Shown here in pieces: positions 13,101 to 26,397 of a stretch of 64,000 nt of DNA. Within the stretch, counting starts at the first letter, position 1. Every line of letters starts with the position of its first letter. Origin of the DNA: Scenedesmus sp. PABB004. Taxonomy: Eukaryota. A program made the translations under genes and the position numbers. The stretch is from assembly GCA_014905635.1 (NCBI GenBank), contig JABVCE010000009.1, forward strand, positions 186,001 through 250,000. The letters run 5' to 3'. The notes beneath the pieces were generated by a model. That model was not told where the DNA came from. It worked only from the letters and a program-made list of their open reading frames with translations, and did no database searches.

Positions 13101-13179
13101 CGGCCTCCGCGTCGCCAAGGGCGCGCGCCTCGTCCACGAACGAGTGCGGCAGGCTGAACAGGAAGCCAGCCCCCACCAT
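10179..13179 (-). CDS. ANKZF1: VMS1/ANKZF1 ribosome-quality-control factor (C2H2 finger, VLRF1, ankyrin, VIM); multi-exon
   Basis: CIAC...QRAHFKSDWHRYNLKRRL; LMLRGGHFAAAVV; HKTFHRYVVR-AKAGGKQSTKD...SAGSRLRRYNE; WDYAQSDIPSAL; C-terminal RREQLAAAAEAR fits the R-x5-AA-x2-R VIM motif. Confidence 0.92.
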
Positions 13180-13335
13180 GGCGCCCGCCCGCCGCTGCGC
13201 GCGGCGCTGCTGCTGCCGCCCGCTGCCCCCTGCGACCGGCGTCGGCCCGCTCGCGGCGACTGCTGCCCGGTCTGCGGCTGCCCGGTGTGGCTGGCCAGGC
13301 GGAACTCACACCGCACAGCCGTGACGCGCCAGGTT

Positions 13336-14534
13336 TTACGAAGCCCTGGTGCGCGCGACGTCCTCCACGATGGCGCGCGCTCTCGTGCGCGTGCCGCCGC
13401 TGCCGCCGCCCCGCGCGCCGCCGGCGGCCGCGAGCGCGGCCCACGCGCCGGGCCCGTTTGCACCTGCGCCCAGCAGCGGCGGCGACGCCGCGAGCGCGGC
13501 CGCGAGGTCCACCGCGCGGTCGCGCAGCTCCGGCCGCCACGCGTGCGCCAGTCGCCAGTCGCCGTGCCGGACCTCGCACTCTCCGCGCAGCCGCGCCGCC
13601 TTGCACACCGCGTCGGTGGCGGCCGCGGCCGGCGGCGCGGCGCCGGGGGGGCCCGGCTCGGCCAGCCAGCCCGCGATGGCGTTCGCCGCGGCGCCGCGGC
13701 TGTGGCGCGCCACCAGCAGCTGGCCGCGCCTGCGCCGCAGCTCCTGCAGCGAGGCGTGCAGGTCCGCGCCGACCCTCCGCGCCGCGCACGCGCCGGCGCG
13801 CCGGCCGCGCTCAAACCGCTCCGCCGCGCCCGCCGCCGCCGTCACGCACGCTGCGGCCTGCGCGGAAAAGCTACCCGCCGCGCCCTCCTGCTGCGCCTGC
13901 TCCTGCTCTGGCTGCTCCGGCAGCTCCGCCGGCGCCGCAGCGCGGGCGCGCAGCCGCGGCCCCGGCGCAAGCAGAAGCTGCGGCGCTGGCCGCAGCCCCC
14001 TGCTGCGCATCGCGCTGCACACCAGCGGCCCGGGCCCGACGCCGCCGCTGGAGCCGGCGGCGGCGCCCGCCTCGTCGCCGGCGTCGCCCTCCGCCGCGGC
14101 GGCGCGCGGCGCGTCGCCTGGCAGCAGCCCCGTCGTCCAGAGCCGCAGCTGCCGGCACAGCAGCTGCTCCAGGCGCGGGTCGCGCAGCTCGTGCGCGCCA
14201 GGAAAGGCGGCGCGCAGCAGCTCGGTCCCTGCGAGCGCCAGCGCCGCCGGCCACAGGCGCTGCGCCCCCTCCGCGCCGGCCGCCGCGGCCTCGCCCGACA
14301 GCAGCTCGCCCACGTGGTGCGCCGCGAGCTGGTCAAAGACGTGGGCCTGCATGCGGCGGCCGCGCGCGCGGCGCGGCAGCCACGGCGTCGGCCCCGCTGG
14401 CGCGCGCAGCACGCGCGCCACGCGCGGCCGGCGCCCACCTGCAGCGCGGCCGCGCGCGGGTCGTCCTGCAGGAGCGTGAGCGCGAGCGCGAGCCATGCCG
14501 CCTCGACGACGCGCGGCGCGTGGTGCTGCGCCAT
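13336..14534 (-). CDS. Hypothetical protein (probably two exons)
   Basis: Protein-like frames MAQHHAPRVVEAAWLALALTLLQDDP and AHVFDQLAAHHVGELL...LEQLLCRQLRLWTTGLL joined by a plausible GT-AG intron; no family recognised. Confidence 0.5.
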
Positions 14535-15099
14535 GAGCCATGACCGCCACGCGAGGCTGCGGGCGCGCGGCGCGCGTGGGCCGCCGCCGGCCCGGCCACG
14601 GCTGCCGCTGGCGCGCCGCCGCCGGGGTCAGCTCACCGCTCGTGGCCGCGCAGCTGGACGGCGGTAGCCGTGGCGGCGGTCTGCAGGGCTTCAAGCTCAC
14701 ATGCGCCCTCGAACAGCGGCAGCGGGCCCGTCGCTGGATCGGGGAGCGCGACCCCCGCCAAGCCCGTTGCACGTGGGCGTGCTCCCGTGCTGCTGCCGCC
14801 CACGGCCTGCGGCAGGGACCGCGAGTCAAAGGCCGCACACGCTCGGGCGGCGCGGCGCTGCTGCAGCGCTCACCTCCTGACGCCCTGCCACCTCGCTAAG
14901 CGCGGCCAGTAGGCGGCCTGCTGGGACGAACGCTCCGCTCAGCAAAAGGGCGTACACTGTCGGCGGCATCCCGCGCTCGGCCGGCCCGCTGCTCGCCTAC
15001 AGCGGGCGCTGCTCGGCCCGGCACGGCGCTGCTTACGCTGCTCGAGTGCAACTCACAGCGTTAAACGGTCGCTCGGCCCCGCTTCGCCGCCCGCGGGGT

Positions 15100-17423
15100 T
15101 CACAGCTCGTCGCGCGCCGCACCGGCCGCCGCGTCCGCCCCCCGCCCGCCCCCCGCCGCGCGGTGCAGGTTGACCGCGAGCTCCACCTCGTCCGCCGCGC
15201 GCTCGTAGGGGTGCCGGCCGCGCGCGTACGCGCGCAGCGCGTCGCGCACGCCCGTCGCGGCGGCCGCGTAGCGCGGGTCGTCGATGACCTGCGGCGCCGC
15301 CGGCGGCTCGCACCGTGCGCGCGAGCCCGCCGCCGCGGCGCGGCGTGGCGGTTGTGCGGCGCGGCGCGAGCGCGGCGCGCACCGTGCGCGTGAGGTTGGC
15401 GATCGCGGCCGCCGCGAAGGTCGTCTCTGGCAGCCCGCGCCGGAAGACGGGCGCCTGCGCGCACATCACGCCGGCGCCGCGCGCGATGTACTTTTGCGCC
15501 CACTGCGCCGACTCGAGCATGAAGGGCACGCCCACGATGGGCCGGCCGTGGAAGGCCGCCTCGTAAATGCTGTGCACGCCGCCGTGCGTGAGCATGACGC
15601 GCGTCGCCGCGTGCCCCAGCACGTCCTGCGCGCGCGCGCGGCGGCGCGCGGCCGGCGTCGGGCAGCGCGCGCGGGGGAGCGACGCGCGGGCGGCCCCGGG
15701 GTGCCGTGGGACCGGGGTGCGTCTGCACAGCGCCGCGCGGCGCACGTTGTAGTCCACCCAGTCCACGGCCATGGTGTTGGCGCCCAGCCCCAGCTCGGCC
15801 AGCGTCACGCCCTCGGGCAGGTTGGCCGCCTTGAGCGCCCACACCACGCGCACGGGCGACAGCGCCGCGAGGCCGGCCGCGAGCTGCCGCACGTCGGCCG
15901 GCGAGAGCAGCGCGGCGGCCTGGAAGGTCGAACCAAACGCGACGAGCGCGACGCCGTGCGCCGCGCCGTCCATAAACGCGGCGAGCGCCGCGTCGGCGAT
16001 CGGCCGCGGCAGGCGGGGCGTGCCGGGGCCGACGAGCACCTGCGCGCGCGCGCGCGCGCGCGCGCGTGTGAGGCGCCGACGGCGCGCGCCGCCGCGTGCG
16101 GAGCGCGCGCGAGAGAGAGAGAGCCGGCACGGGACGCGCGGGGCCGCCCACCTGGTGGCCCTGCAGGGGCATCTCGTACTCGAGCGCCCAGCTCGCCAGC
16201 TGCACCTCCGCCAGGGCCCTGCAGCGCAGCCCGCCGCGGCCGGCGGCGCGCGCGACGAGGCGGCCGAGCGGGCACTGGCTCGCCGCGCGCGGCAGCCCCG
16301 CGGCGTGCCGCACCGCGGCGAGCGGGTCGGGGGAGAGGTCCTCCACCAGCGGCCGCGCCTGTGCGAGCGCCCAGGCGGCGAGGTTGAACGCCGCGCCGCG
16401 CGGCGTGGACAGGTCGGCGGGGCTGAGCATGCTCGCAAACTGGGGCACCCAGGGCGGCTGCCCCGCCTCGAAGCCGTAGCTGAGATCGACCATCGCCGTG
16501 CCGAGCGCGTGCGCGAGCACGCAGGCGCAGCTGTCGCTGATGCCCGCGCCCGTGAGCGGCAGCCCGACCGCCATCACCGCGTCTGCGCGCAGCGCGCGCA
16601 GCCGCTGCGGCGCGAGCGCGGGCCGCGGCGCGGCGCGGGCGGGCGGCGGCGGGCGGTGAGCGCCGCCGGTGTGAGCCCGGCGCGGCGGCGCGCGCACGCC
16701 GCGCCGCGCCGCGGCCGCGCCTGCATGAGCGCGGCGTCGGCCAGCATCGCCCCGCACGGCCGCGCGACGTAGCCGCGCATGCGCAGGGTCATGCCGTTGC
16801 CAGCGCCCAGCCAGCCGGCGAGGCTCGTCGGCGCTGCGGCGGCGGGGCGGGGCGGGCGGGCGCCGGTGTGTGTGCTCGCGCGGGCGGCCGCGGCGGCGGC
16901 GGCGCCGCGCGGGCGGGCGCGGGGCGCGGGGCGCGGGGCAAGGCGCGCAGGGCGAAGGGCGCGGGGCGCGCGGGGCGCGGGGCGAAGGGCGCGGGAGGCG
17001 CGGGGCGCGCGGCGTGCCGGGCTCGCCTGCATACTTGGCCCGCATCGCCGCGCCGAGGGCCTTGAGGTTGCTCGTCTGCCCCTCGATCGCGGGCAGCGTG
17101 AGCTCGGCGGGGATGTAGGTCAGGGCCTCGCCCGTGGTGTTGCTCGCGTGCCGGGCGGCCGCCGCCTTCATGCGCTCGACCGCGCCGGCCTGCACGACGA
17201 CCGCCACCCGGTGGCCCCGCGCCGCCAGCTGCGCGCCGACGGCGACGAGGTCCATCGCAGGGCTGTTGGCGTTGAGCGGCACCAGCAGGTAGGAGTGCGG
17301 GCGCGCCGCGGCTGCCGCAGCCGCAGCTGCAGGAGCAGCCGCGGCCGCGGCCGCGGCCGCGGCAGCGGCGGCACCAGCGACGGCGGCGGCGAGCAGGAGC
17401 CAGGCCGCCAGCGCCCGGGCCAT
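15100..17423 (-). CDS. UDP-glycosyltransferase (GT1/UGT) with signal peptide and C-terminal RDEL; multi-exon
   Basis: MARALAAWLLLAAAVAG; LAARGHRVAVVV; VALVAFGS; signature DWVDYN-DVLGHAATRVMLTHGGVHSIYEAAFHGRPIVGVPF; last exon VIDDPRY...AARDEL-stop in frame (15288 to 15100). Confidence 0.9.
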
Positions 17424-17926
17424 GGCGTCGTAGGCAGCGCAGCAGGTCAGAGGGCGGTTTCGGGGGTGGCGCGACACACTCAGCCGCGGCGCGGCAGGCG
17501 GGATGCCGCTCTGTGTCGGGTGCTCGTTCGCGAACCCGACGCCGGGCGCGCGCGGTGCCGAGACGATCGCGCGACAGTTGCCGGGCGGCGGGGATGACCG
17601 GCGGCGCGGTTGCATGTACAGGGCGCGTGCGGCGCGCTGCGCCGCCGTAACGCCGCGTCGCGCGAAGAGATCGCCGCCATGCGCCGCCGCCGCCGGCCGG
17701 CGGCGGCGGGCTTGATGGGGTGGAGGGTGCCGCGGGCGCGCCGATGCGGCGCGCTCTCGCAGACAGGAGACGACGAAGCGCAGGCCCCCCCGCCCCGGCA
17801 ACAACCACAGCGCAGCCTGCTCCCACACGCGCACCCCGCCGCCCGCCCCTCCAGCCCCGGCCCTGCCTGTGCACGTTGTGGGCGCGCGGTGCCTGCTGCT
17901 GCACACGTGCGCCGCCGCCGCGCCGC

Positions 17927-18238
17927 TCACGCGACGGGCAGCGGCTCGGGCGCGGCGTCGGGCGCCGCCGCCGCCGGCGCCGCGCCCGACGCCGCGGCGG
18001 GCGTGGAGCCGCCGCCGATGGCCTGGAAGCGCGCGTCGAGCCAGCCGCGGCACTTGCCGGCGCGCGCGTCGACCGCGGCGCTCGCGGCGGCCCTGCTGGC
18101 CGCGCTGCGGTGCCGGTACATCACATCCTCGGTGTCCAGCACGTACGACACCTGCAGGGCGCAGCGCGGAGCGGCGCAGGGGCGGCGCAGGGGCGGCAAG
18201 AGGCTCGGCTCAGTCGGGGCCACGTGCGCGCACGCCGC

Positions 18239-18284
<46 letters not shown>

Positions 18285-19848
18285 CGCAGACGGGGCGCGC
18301 GCTGGCGAGCGCGGCGGCGCCCCGACCGCGGCGCATGCCTTGGAGTTTTGGCAGCTGATCTTGCACTCCAGGCCGTTGGCGACCGCGACGCCGCGCAGCG
18401 CGCCGAGCAGCCGCGGGTCGTCGCCGCCGCCGCCTCTGTTCGTGCTGGCGCTGCGGTGCAGGAACACGCGGTCCTTGTTGGCGCCCGCGGGCGAGGCCAT
18501 CAGCGTCCTGCGCGCGCGCGGGCGGCGGGCGGGCGACGCATGTCAGGCGGCCGCGGGCGCAGAGGGGCACGGGGAGGTGCGCGGCGCGGCGCCGGCAAGT
18601 CGAGCGTTTGAGCACACAACCAACAGCGCCGCCGCCGCCGCCGCGCCTGATGTACTCCTGGAAGGTGCTGTCCAGCCCCAGCGGCGGCGCCTCGCCCTTG
18701 TCGGGCTCGAGCAGCTGCAGCTGCAGCTGCCCGCCCTGCACCGGCTCGCCCTCGCGCGCGAGCAGGCTGCTGCGGCTGCTCGCGGGGAACTGGCCGTGGT
18801 CGTTGCCGACGTCGCCGCCCGCCGTGGCGCCCTCGACAAACATAAACCTGCGTCCCCCGGCGGCAGGCGGCGGCAGGCGGCGGCAGGCGGCGGCGGCGGC
18901 GCGGCGGCGGCGCGTCAGCGCAGAGGGCGGCGCCGCGGGCGGCGGGGCCTGGGCTGCCGCGGCGCGGCCCTGCGCCCTGCTCTGCGCTGCGCCACGGGTC
19001 GCACCGGTAGGCCGGCTCGTCGTGCAGCAGCACCGCCGCGTTGGCGCGGTAGACCTCGTCGCTGAGCGGCGCGCGGCGCGCGGCCTCGTACTTGTGCAGC
19101 TCCGCCAGCCGCACCGTCTGCTCGTCCGCGACCATGCTCTGCGCGCGCACACGGGGCGCGAGCGAGCGAGGGAGCGAGTGAAGGGAGGGACGGGCCGGAC
19201 GCGGCGGAGCAGTGGGGCGCGGCACGGTGCGCTGGCGCGTGCCGCAGAGAAGGGAGAGAGAGGCGCGGCGGCGCGGCGGCCTCACCGCCATGTGCTTGAT
19301 GAACTTCTGGATGAGCTTGTCCAGCGTGAACAGCACATAGCTGTTGGTGCCCAGCAGCGCGCGGCAGCTGTCCTCAAACGTGCTGCTGTCCATGTGGCCG
19401 TCGAGCACCTGGGCGGGGCGCGCGCGCGCGCGCACGTGAGGCCGAGCGCGCCGCTGGCGCTGCGCTGCGCTGCGCGCGGCGGCCCTGCACGCGGCTGGCT
19501 GGTGCTGTCCTGCGAGCTGTCCTGCGAGCGCACCTGGCGCAGCATCGCCATGAACTCGTGGTGCAGCCGCACCGCCTCCTCCGCGCGCGCCTGCTCCTCC
19601 TGCGCGCGGCCGCGCCGCGCGCGGGCACGGCGGGCGGCGGGTGAGCGGCCGGCGCGCGCAGCCACCGCGCGCCCGGCAGGCGCCCACGGTGGGTGTGCGG
19701 CACGCGGCCGGCGGCCGTGCCTGCGGGTCGTCCTGCTTCTTGATGTGCTCGTCGCCGGTCTGGCGGAACTGCGGCTGGTTCTTCTCGCGCGCGCAGCGCT
19801 GCGCCGCGGCGAGGCGGTCGTACACGTGCCGGTGCAGCCTGGCGCGCA

Positions 19849-19882
<34 letters not shown>

Positions 19883-22800
19883 GGCGGCGCGGCGGGTCGG
19901 CGCGCTGGGGGCCTCGCCCGGCCGGGCGCGCCGCGCCCTGCGAGCGCGGCTCAGGGCGCACAAACCAAGGCTGACGCTCACACGCCAGCCAAGGTTTGAA
20001 CCAAACAGCCGAGGCTCAACACACAAGGCTCGACATCCAAGGCCCGACAGCCAAGGCTCGACAGCCAAGGCTCAACACATGGGACAAGCCTCAACAGCAG
20101 CCACGCGCGCACCTAAAGAAAAAGTAGTGGTTGTCGTTGCCGTAGAGCACGTGCTGCGTGCGCCAGTCAAAGCCGCCCGGCGGCGGCGCCGCCGCGACCG
20201 CGGCGACCGCGGCCGCGTTGGCGCGCGTGTTGATGGGCTTGCAGATGTCGTAGAACCTGCGGCGGCAGGGGCACGGGGTTTAGGGGGCGCGGGGTGTGAG
20301 GGTTTTGTGGGCTGACCACACACAGGTCAGGGAGGGCCGCCGGCCCCTCGGCTGAGCCGGGGCCCCCCCCGGGGCGCGCGGCGACCGCCCCGCCACTCCC
20401 CCCTCCTCGCGCCGCCGGGCGGCGGCGCACCGGTCGGGCTCGTCGTCCTCCTCCTCCTGCTCCGCCTTGGCCCCCGGGTCCACGCTCATGTCACGCAGCC
20501 GCCGCTTGCCGCCGTCGCCCTCCTGCTCCGACATGTCGCCCGCGCCTGCGCGGCGCGGCGGCGGCGGGGCGGTCGGTCGGTCGGCGGGGGCGCGCGCGGG
20601 GAGGGGCCCGCGCGCCGCGCACCGCGCGCGGCGCGCTGCCCGCCCGTGCGCCGCAGACCCCGCGCGCGCGCGCGCGCGCACCCGCCGCCAGCAGCGCCGC
20701 CAGCGCGTCGCCCTTGGAGTCGGGCTCGGGCGTCGTGCCCGGCTCGGGCGTCACGCCCGCGCCGCCCTCGCCGCCGGTCAGGCCGCCGCTCTCGTCGCCG
20801 TCGGCGCGGCTGCGCCCGCTCGACTTGCCCGGCTTGCGCCCGCCGCCGCGCTCGCCGCCGTCGCCCTCGTCGTCGCTGCTGCTGCTGCCCTTGGCGCCGG
20901 CGTGCTCCTCCGCCTCGAGCTGCTGCAGCTCTGTCTTGGTGTGCAGCGGCACGTACGGCCGCCGCCCGCGGCCGTAAAAGGGCTCCACCACGTCGTGCCA
21001 GAACGCCAGCACCGCCTCGCGCGCGTCGCCGGTGAGCTGCTCCTCGATGCCGTACACCACCGCCGCGTACAGGTCGTCAAACACCGTGCTGTGGCGTGGC
21101 GCGGCGCGGCGCGGCGCGGCGCGGCGCGGGGCGGGGCGGGGTTTAGGGTTGAGCTTCGTGTCACGCTGGGAGCGTGCACAGCACTGTGGCGTTGCCGTCG
21201 CAGCGCGCGTGGGCGAGGGTGGGGCCAGGCGCACGAGCGCGGCGCCGCCGCACCTGCTGTTGTAGTCGAAGCTGAGGTCAGGCTGCAGCAGCAGCGCCGC
21301 CGCGGGGCCCGGCCCGCCCGCGAGCGCCTGCAGCTGCCGCTCGTCGAGGCGCCGCTTGTCCGCCGCGTCGCGCACCTGCGCCGGGCGCGCGCCGGGGGGC
21401 GGTGTGGGCGCCGGTTGCGGCGAGCGCCGCGCCGGCCTGTGTGCCCCGCCCCGCGCCGGCCGCACCTCCTGCAGCATGGCCTTGGGCGCGAGCGACTTCT
21501 TGTCGCTCTGCTTGAAGTAGAAGGAGCGGTGGTCAAGCGACTTGTGGTAGTTCTGCTGGAACACCTGGCGCCAGTGCTTGTTCATGTCCTCACGCACCTG
21601 CGCGGCGCAGCGCGGCGCGAGGTGACCAGCGGCGCGAGGTGAGCAGAGACGGGCGCGGCGCCCGCCGCGGCGCGCCGCGCGGGCGTGGGGCGCGGCCGCC
21701 GCCGCCGCGCCGCGCGTCGCGTGTGCGGCCTGTACACGAACGCCAGGCGTCGTGGCAAAGCGCCCACACGACGCGCGGCGCGGCGCCCGCGCGCGCGCAG
21801 CCCGCACAGCACGCGCAGCGCGCGCGCCTTGAGCCACTCAGCCTCCTTCTGCTCGAGGCGCAGCATGACAACCGGCAGCGCGACCGTGGGGTTCTTGCGG
21901 AGCAGCTCCACGATCTGGGGGCCCTGCGCTCACGGGGGGCGTGCGGGGAGCGGCAGGAGGTCAGGGCGGGCGGGCGCGCGGCGGCGCCGCCGCGCCGCCT
22001 CGCTGGCGCGCCGCCGCCCGTGCGCCGCGCGCCCGCCGCGGCGCGCGCCTGGTCGCCGTAGATGCGCTCCACGGCGCGGAAGTGGATCGCGCCCAGCGCG
22101 TCCTCCGGCAGCCGCCACAGCGCCTTGTCCTCGGGCGACAGCGCCGCGATCTGCGCGCGGCGCGCGAGCGCGCGCGCCGGCTCGGCGCCGCCCGGCGCCG
22201 CGGCGCCTGCCTCCCGCCGCCGGTGCCGCCGCGCCCGCCTCGCCGCGGCGCCACGCGCGCGCGCGCGGCCGCCGCACCTCGTCGCGCAGGGGGCGCATGC
22301 GCGTGAGCGCGCTCGCGCTGGCCTCGATGCACATGTCGAGCTCGTAGCGGTCGTCCTCGCAGCGGAACAGCGCCTCCTCGTACTGGTTCTTGCGCATCAG
22401 CTGAGGGGGGAGAGGGAGGGAGAGAGAGGAGAGGAGAGAGGGAGAGAGGGAGAGAGGGGGAGCGAGGCGGCGGCGGGGAGGGGCGGGAGTCAGGGGGCAG
22501 GGCGGGCGAGCCCGGCGGCGGCGCGCGGCGCGGCGCGCGGGTCTGGCCGCCGCCCCTCCTCCTCCCCCTCACACACGCGCACGCACTCACCTTGAACGAG
22601 TAGTCCTCGGAGCCGCTGATGATGGAGACCCACGCGTCGTTGAGCACGAGGCCGCCGAGCTCGGTGCGCCCCGTGGAGCGGACCTTGGGGTAGGTCGCGG
22701 GCACGCGCACGTAGCTCGGCGTGCAGCGGTCGTCGGGGTTGTACTCGGCCGCGACCTCGCTGATCGGCTTGCTCAGCATCTTGTCCCTGCGACAGGCGGG

Positions 22801-25456
22801 CGCGCGCGCGCGCGCGGCGGCGGGCGGGCGTGGTGGTCAGCGCCCGCGGGCGGCGCGCCGCGCTGCCGCGCGAGGCGGGGCGCAGCCGCCGCCGCCGCCG
22901 CGCGGGGCGCAGCGCGGGCTCACCGCACGGTCTGGCCCTTGAGTCGCGCCATGTCCTTGGCGCTGATCTTGCCCGCGCCAAACTGCGCGCGCATCTCGCT
23001 GTCGACGCTGTCCATCGTCTCGCAGCGCAGCAGAAAGCGCTGGAAGCCCTCGAGCAGGTCGGGGTAGCGCCCGATGATGTCCTGCGGGTGGGAAGAGGGG
23101 GCAGGAGGGGGCAGGTGGGCGCGTGGGCGCGCGAGCGCGCGGGCGGGGCTGCTGCCGCCGCTGCTCCTGCAGCGGGGCCTGCTGCGCCTGCTGCGCCTGC
23201 CGCCGCGGACAGCTGCCTGCCGCCGCTGCCGCCGCTGCCTGCTGCGCCTGCTGCGCCCGCTGCGCCTGCCGCGGCCGCCGCGGTCGCGCACGTGCGCAAG
23301 GTTCAGCAGCTCCTGGCGGCTGATGATCTCCTGGGCGTAGAGGTTGAGGCACTTGAGGAAGTCCTGGTAGAGCTCACGGTTGCGCAGCCGCGCCTTGACG
23401 CGCTCGAAGAACTGCATCTCGCGGTCGAGCGGCCCGCCGAAGCGCCCCGACCCGAGGCCATAGTCGTCGTCGCCGCCGCCGCCGCGCATGCCCTTGCGCT
23501 TGTTCGCGCCGCCACCGCCGCCGCCGTAGCCGCCCATGGGCATGCCTGCGCGGCGCGGCGCGCGTGGGCGCGGGGGTGGGCGCGCGCGCGGCGCGGCGGC
23601 GGCGCGGGCCCCGCCCGCAGCGAGGCCGCTGCTGCGGCGGCCGCGCCCGCGGCGCGCCGCGCACCGCCGTAGCCGCGCGCGCCCGGGCCGGTGACGATGC
23701 GGCCGCCGGGGCCCATGCCGCCGGGCGGGCGGTAGCCCACGTTGCCGCGCGCGCCGGGCAGGTTGCGGAACATCGGGTGCCCGCCCTGCGGCGCGCAGCA
23801 GCGGCAGCGCGGCGGTTGGCTGCCGCCGCTGCTGCTGCGCCTGCCGATGCCGGCGCTGCGCCCGCCGCCCGCCGCCCGCTGCGGGGGCGCCCGCCGCCCG
23901 CTGCTGCGCCGCCGGCGGCGCACCTGGCCGGGCGGGGAGTTGTCAGGCAGGAAGTAGGTGAACTCGGCCAGCAGGTCGCTGTGCGCGCGGAACAGCACCG
24001 CCACCTGCGGCGCGGCGCGGCGGGCGCTCGGGCGCGGCCGCGGCCGCGGGCGCGCCGCTGCGTGCGCTGCGCGCCGCGGCAGAGGCCCCCGAGCTGGCGG
24101 GCGGGCGGGCGGGCGGGCGGGCGCCGTCGCCGCTGCTGCTGCTGCTGGCGCCGCACCTCGTCGTAGACCTGCGTGATGGTCTTCTGGCCCTTGCGGTACA
24201 TGTTGAGGATCTCCAGGAACGCCTTGTACACGCGCTCGTCCTGCGCAAAGCGCGTCTGCGCGCGCGGCAGCGCCGGCGACGGCGCGGCGGTTGGCCGCCG
24301 CGCTGCTGCTGCTGCGTCTGCTGCTGCTGCGTCTGCTGCTGCCGCCGCCGCCGCTGCTGTGGCGCCGCCCACGCGCCGCGCTGCGCGGCTCGCAGGGCGG
24401 TGCCGCGTGCGGTGTGCTGCGCTGGAGCAGGCCCGGCCGCCGCCGCCGCAGGCGGCTCTGCTGGCGCCGCGGCCCACGCGGCCGCCGCCGCCGCCGCCGG
24501 CGCGTCTGCTGCTGCTGCCGCCGCTGCGCGCGCTGCGCGCCGCGCGGCGCACCTTGATCTTGTTGACGTAGTTGATCGCCTGGTCAAACTCCACCGGCTG
24601 CTTGTTCATCATCGGCGGCGGCTCCTGCGCGCCGTGGGCGGCGCGGCCGGCTCAGCGTGGGGCGCGCGCGCGGCGCGGCCAGGGCTGGCCGCGCGCGGGC
24701 CAGGGGCTGGCCCGCGCCGCGCGAGCTGCGGCGCGGCCGCCGCAGCTGCCCCCGGGCCTCACGTCGTCCATGTCGGCCACGTCCTGCAGCTGGATCTCGT
24801 AGCCCTGCGCCGCCGCGCCGCGGGCGGGCGGGGGCGGTGCGTGACGCGCCGCCGGCGCCGCCGCGCGCGCCGCCCGCCCCGGCCCGGCCGGCGGGCCCAC
24901 CTTGGGCAGGAAGGTGTTGAAGCCCAGTACGAGCTCCTTGTGGCCGCGGAACAGGTCCTTGACGCGCGCGATCACGCCCTGGGTGTCGATCCTGGTGGCG
25001 GGCGACGCGCGCGCGGCTCAGCCGGCGCCCGCGCGCCGCCGCCGCCGGGCCGCCCGGCCGCGCCGGGCCATCGCCGGTCTACGGGCGCCGCGCCGGGCGC
25101 CGGGGGCGCGCCGCGCACCGCTGCGCCTTGAACTCCTTCATTATCTCCAGGAAGGTGTCATACACGTCCTTGCGGTCCGCAAAGCGGTTCTTGACCTCCC
25201 GCAGGTAGGTGAGCGCGTCGTTGGTGGTCAGGCGGTGCGCGCTGGCGCCCGAGGCTGCCGCGCCCGGCCCCCGCGGCACGCTCCTGCGGCGCGGCGGCGC
25301 GAGCCGGCGCCCTCAGGCGCGGAACGGCGCGTCCCGGGCGCCCACGCCGCCGCGGTAGCTGCCCTGGGCGCCCCAGCCCACAACCACCGGGGATCGGCCT
25401 CACCCCGCCTGCCGCTTCAGCATGCCGGGCGGCGGGTCGTCTCGCTGGCGTTTCAT
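17927..25456 (-). CDS. SIN3: SIN3 co-repressor (3 PAH domains, HDAC-interaction domain, C-terminal domain); many exons
   Basis: PAH1 [20 protein letters not shown]2 [18 protein letters not shown]3 [18 protein letters not shown]...[80 protein letters not shown]. Confidence 0.96.
19961..20100. repeat. Degenerate 14-bp minisatellite (ccaaggctcgacag-like) in a SIN3 intron
   Basis: acaaggctcgacat/ccaaggcccgacag/ccaaggctcgacag/ccaaggctcaacac plus degenerate flanking copies. Confidence 0.75.
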
Positions 25457-26397
25457 GGCGCCCCGCAGCCCTGGGAGGCGCCGCAGCCGCGCTGGCGCTC
25501 GCTGGCGGGCGGCGGGCGAGAAACTCTGGAGCCCCGGGCGGGGCGGGGCGCACGGCGCGGGCTGGGCTGCCGCTCGGGAGCACGAGGGCGGCGGACTGGG
25601 CGGCGCGGGGGGGGCCGGCGAGGGCCATGAGGCGGGGCTGGGGGCCGAGCAAGTGAACAGGCGGCAGCCCGGGGGGCGGGCGCGCGCAGCACGCATACAC
25701 CTGCGGAGGACGCTGATCACGCTCTGCGCTCACGCCCGAGCGCGCCGGGGCGGCGGGGCGGCCGCCGACGGGCTGGCCCGGGCTGCGTGCCGCGCGCTGC
25801 CGCGCAGCGCGGGCGCGCCGGGCGGCGCGGGCAGTCGGCCCTGTGGTCCGAGCGCTGCAACTCGGGCCGCGGCGCCCGCTCGGCCGCGCCACTGCGCTCG
25901 GCGGGACACCTCCGGGCGGCCGCGCGCTGGGGGCCCGCGCCGCCCGCGCGCGTGGCCAGGAGCCTTGGCTCGACCGCGCCGGCCCGCGAGATGGCGCACC
26001 GCGGCGAATGCTCGCGCGCCGCGCGCCGCCCAAAACTGACGCTGCCCGCCGCCACGACGCGCGCGGCGGCCTGGCGCCGCAGCGCCGGCACCGGCATCGC
26101 GCGTGCAGCCCGGGCCGCTCTGGGCCGCGCGGCGGCGCGGCGGTGCCCCGCCGCCCAGGTGGCCGCTGGCCGCCGGCGCCCAGCGCCGCCCAGCGGCCGA
26201 GCGCTCGCGAGGCTGCGCGCCCGGCCCGCATGTGCTGCCGCCCAGCTCTGCCGCAGCGTCCGCCGGCAGCGCGTTACACGCCACGCCCTTCGGCCGGCCC
26301 ACGCGCAGCCGAGCACAGGCGTGAAGCTGGTCACCTGCACACACCCGCGCTGCGCTGGCTAGCTAGTGCTGCCTAACCAGCTCCGCCACGCGCCCCC

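Noticed and set aside
18240..18285. (GGC)n, (GCC)n and (GCGCG)n tracts in introns
   Set aside because: Ubiquitous low-complexity background in this window.
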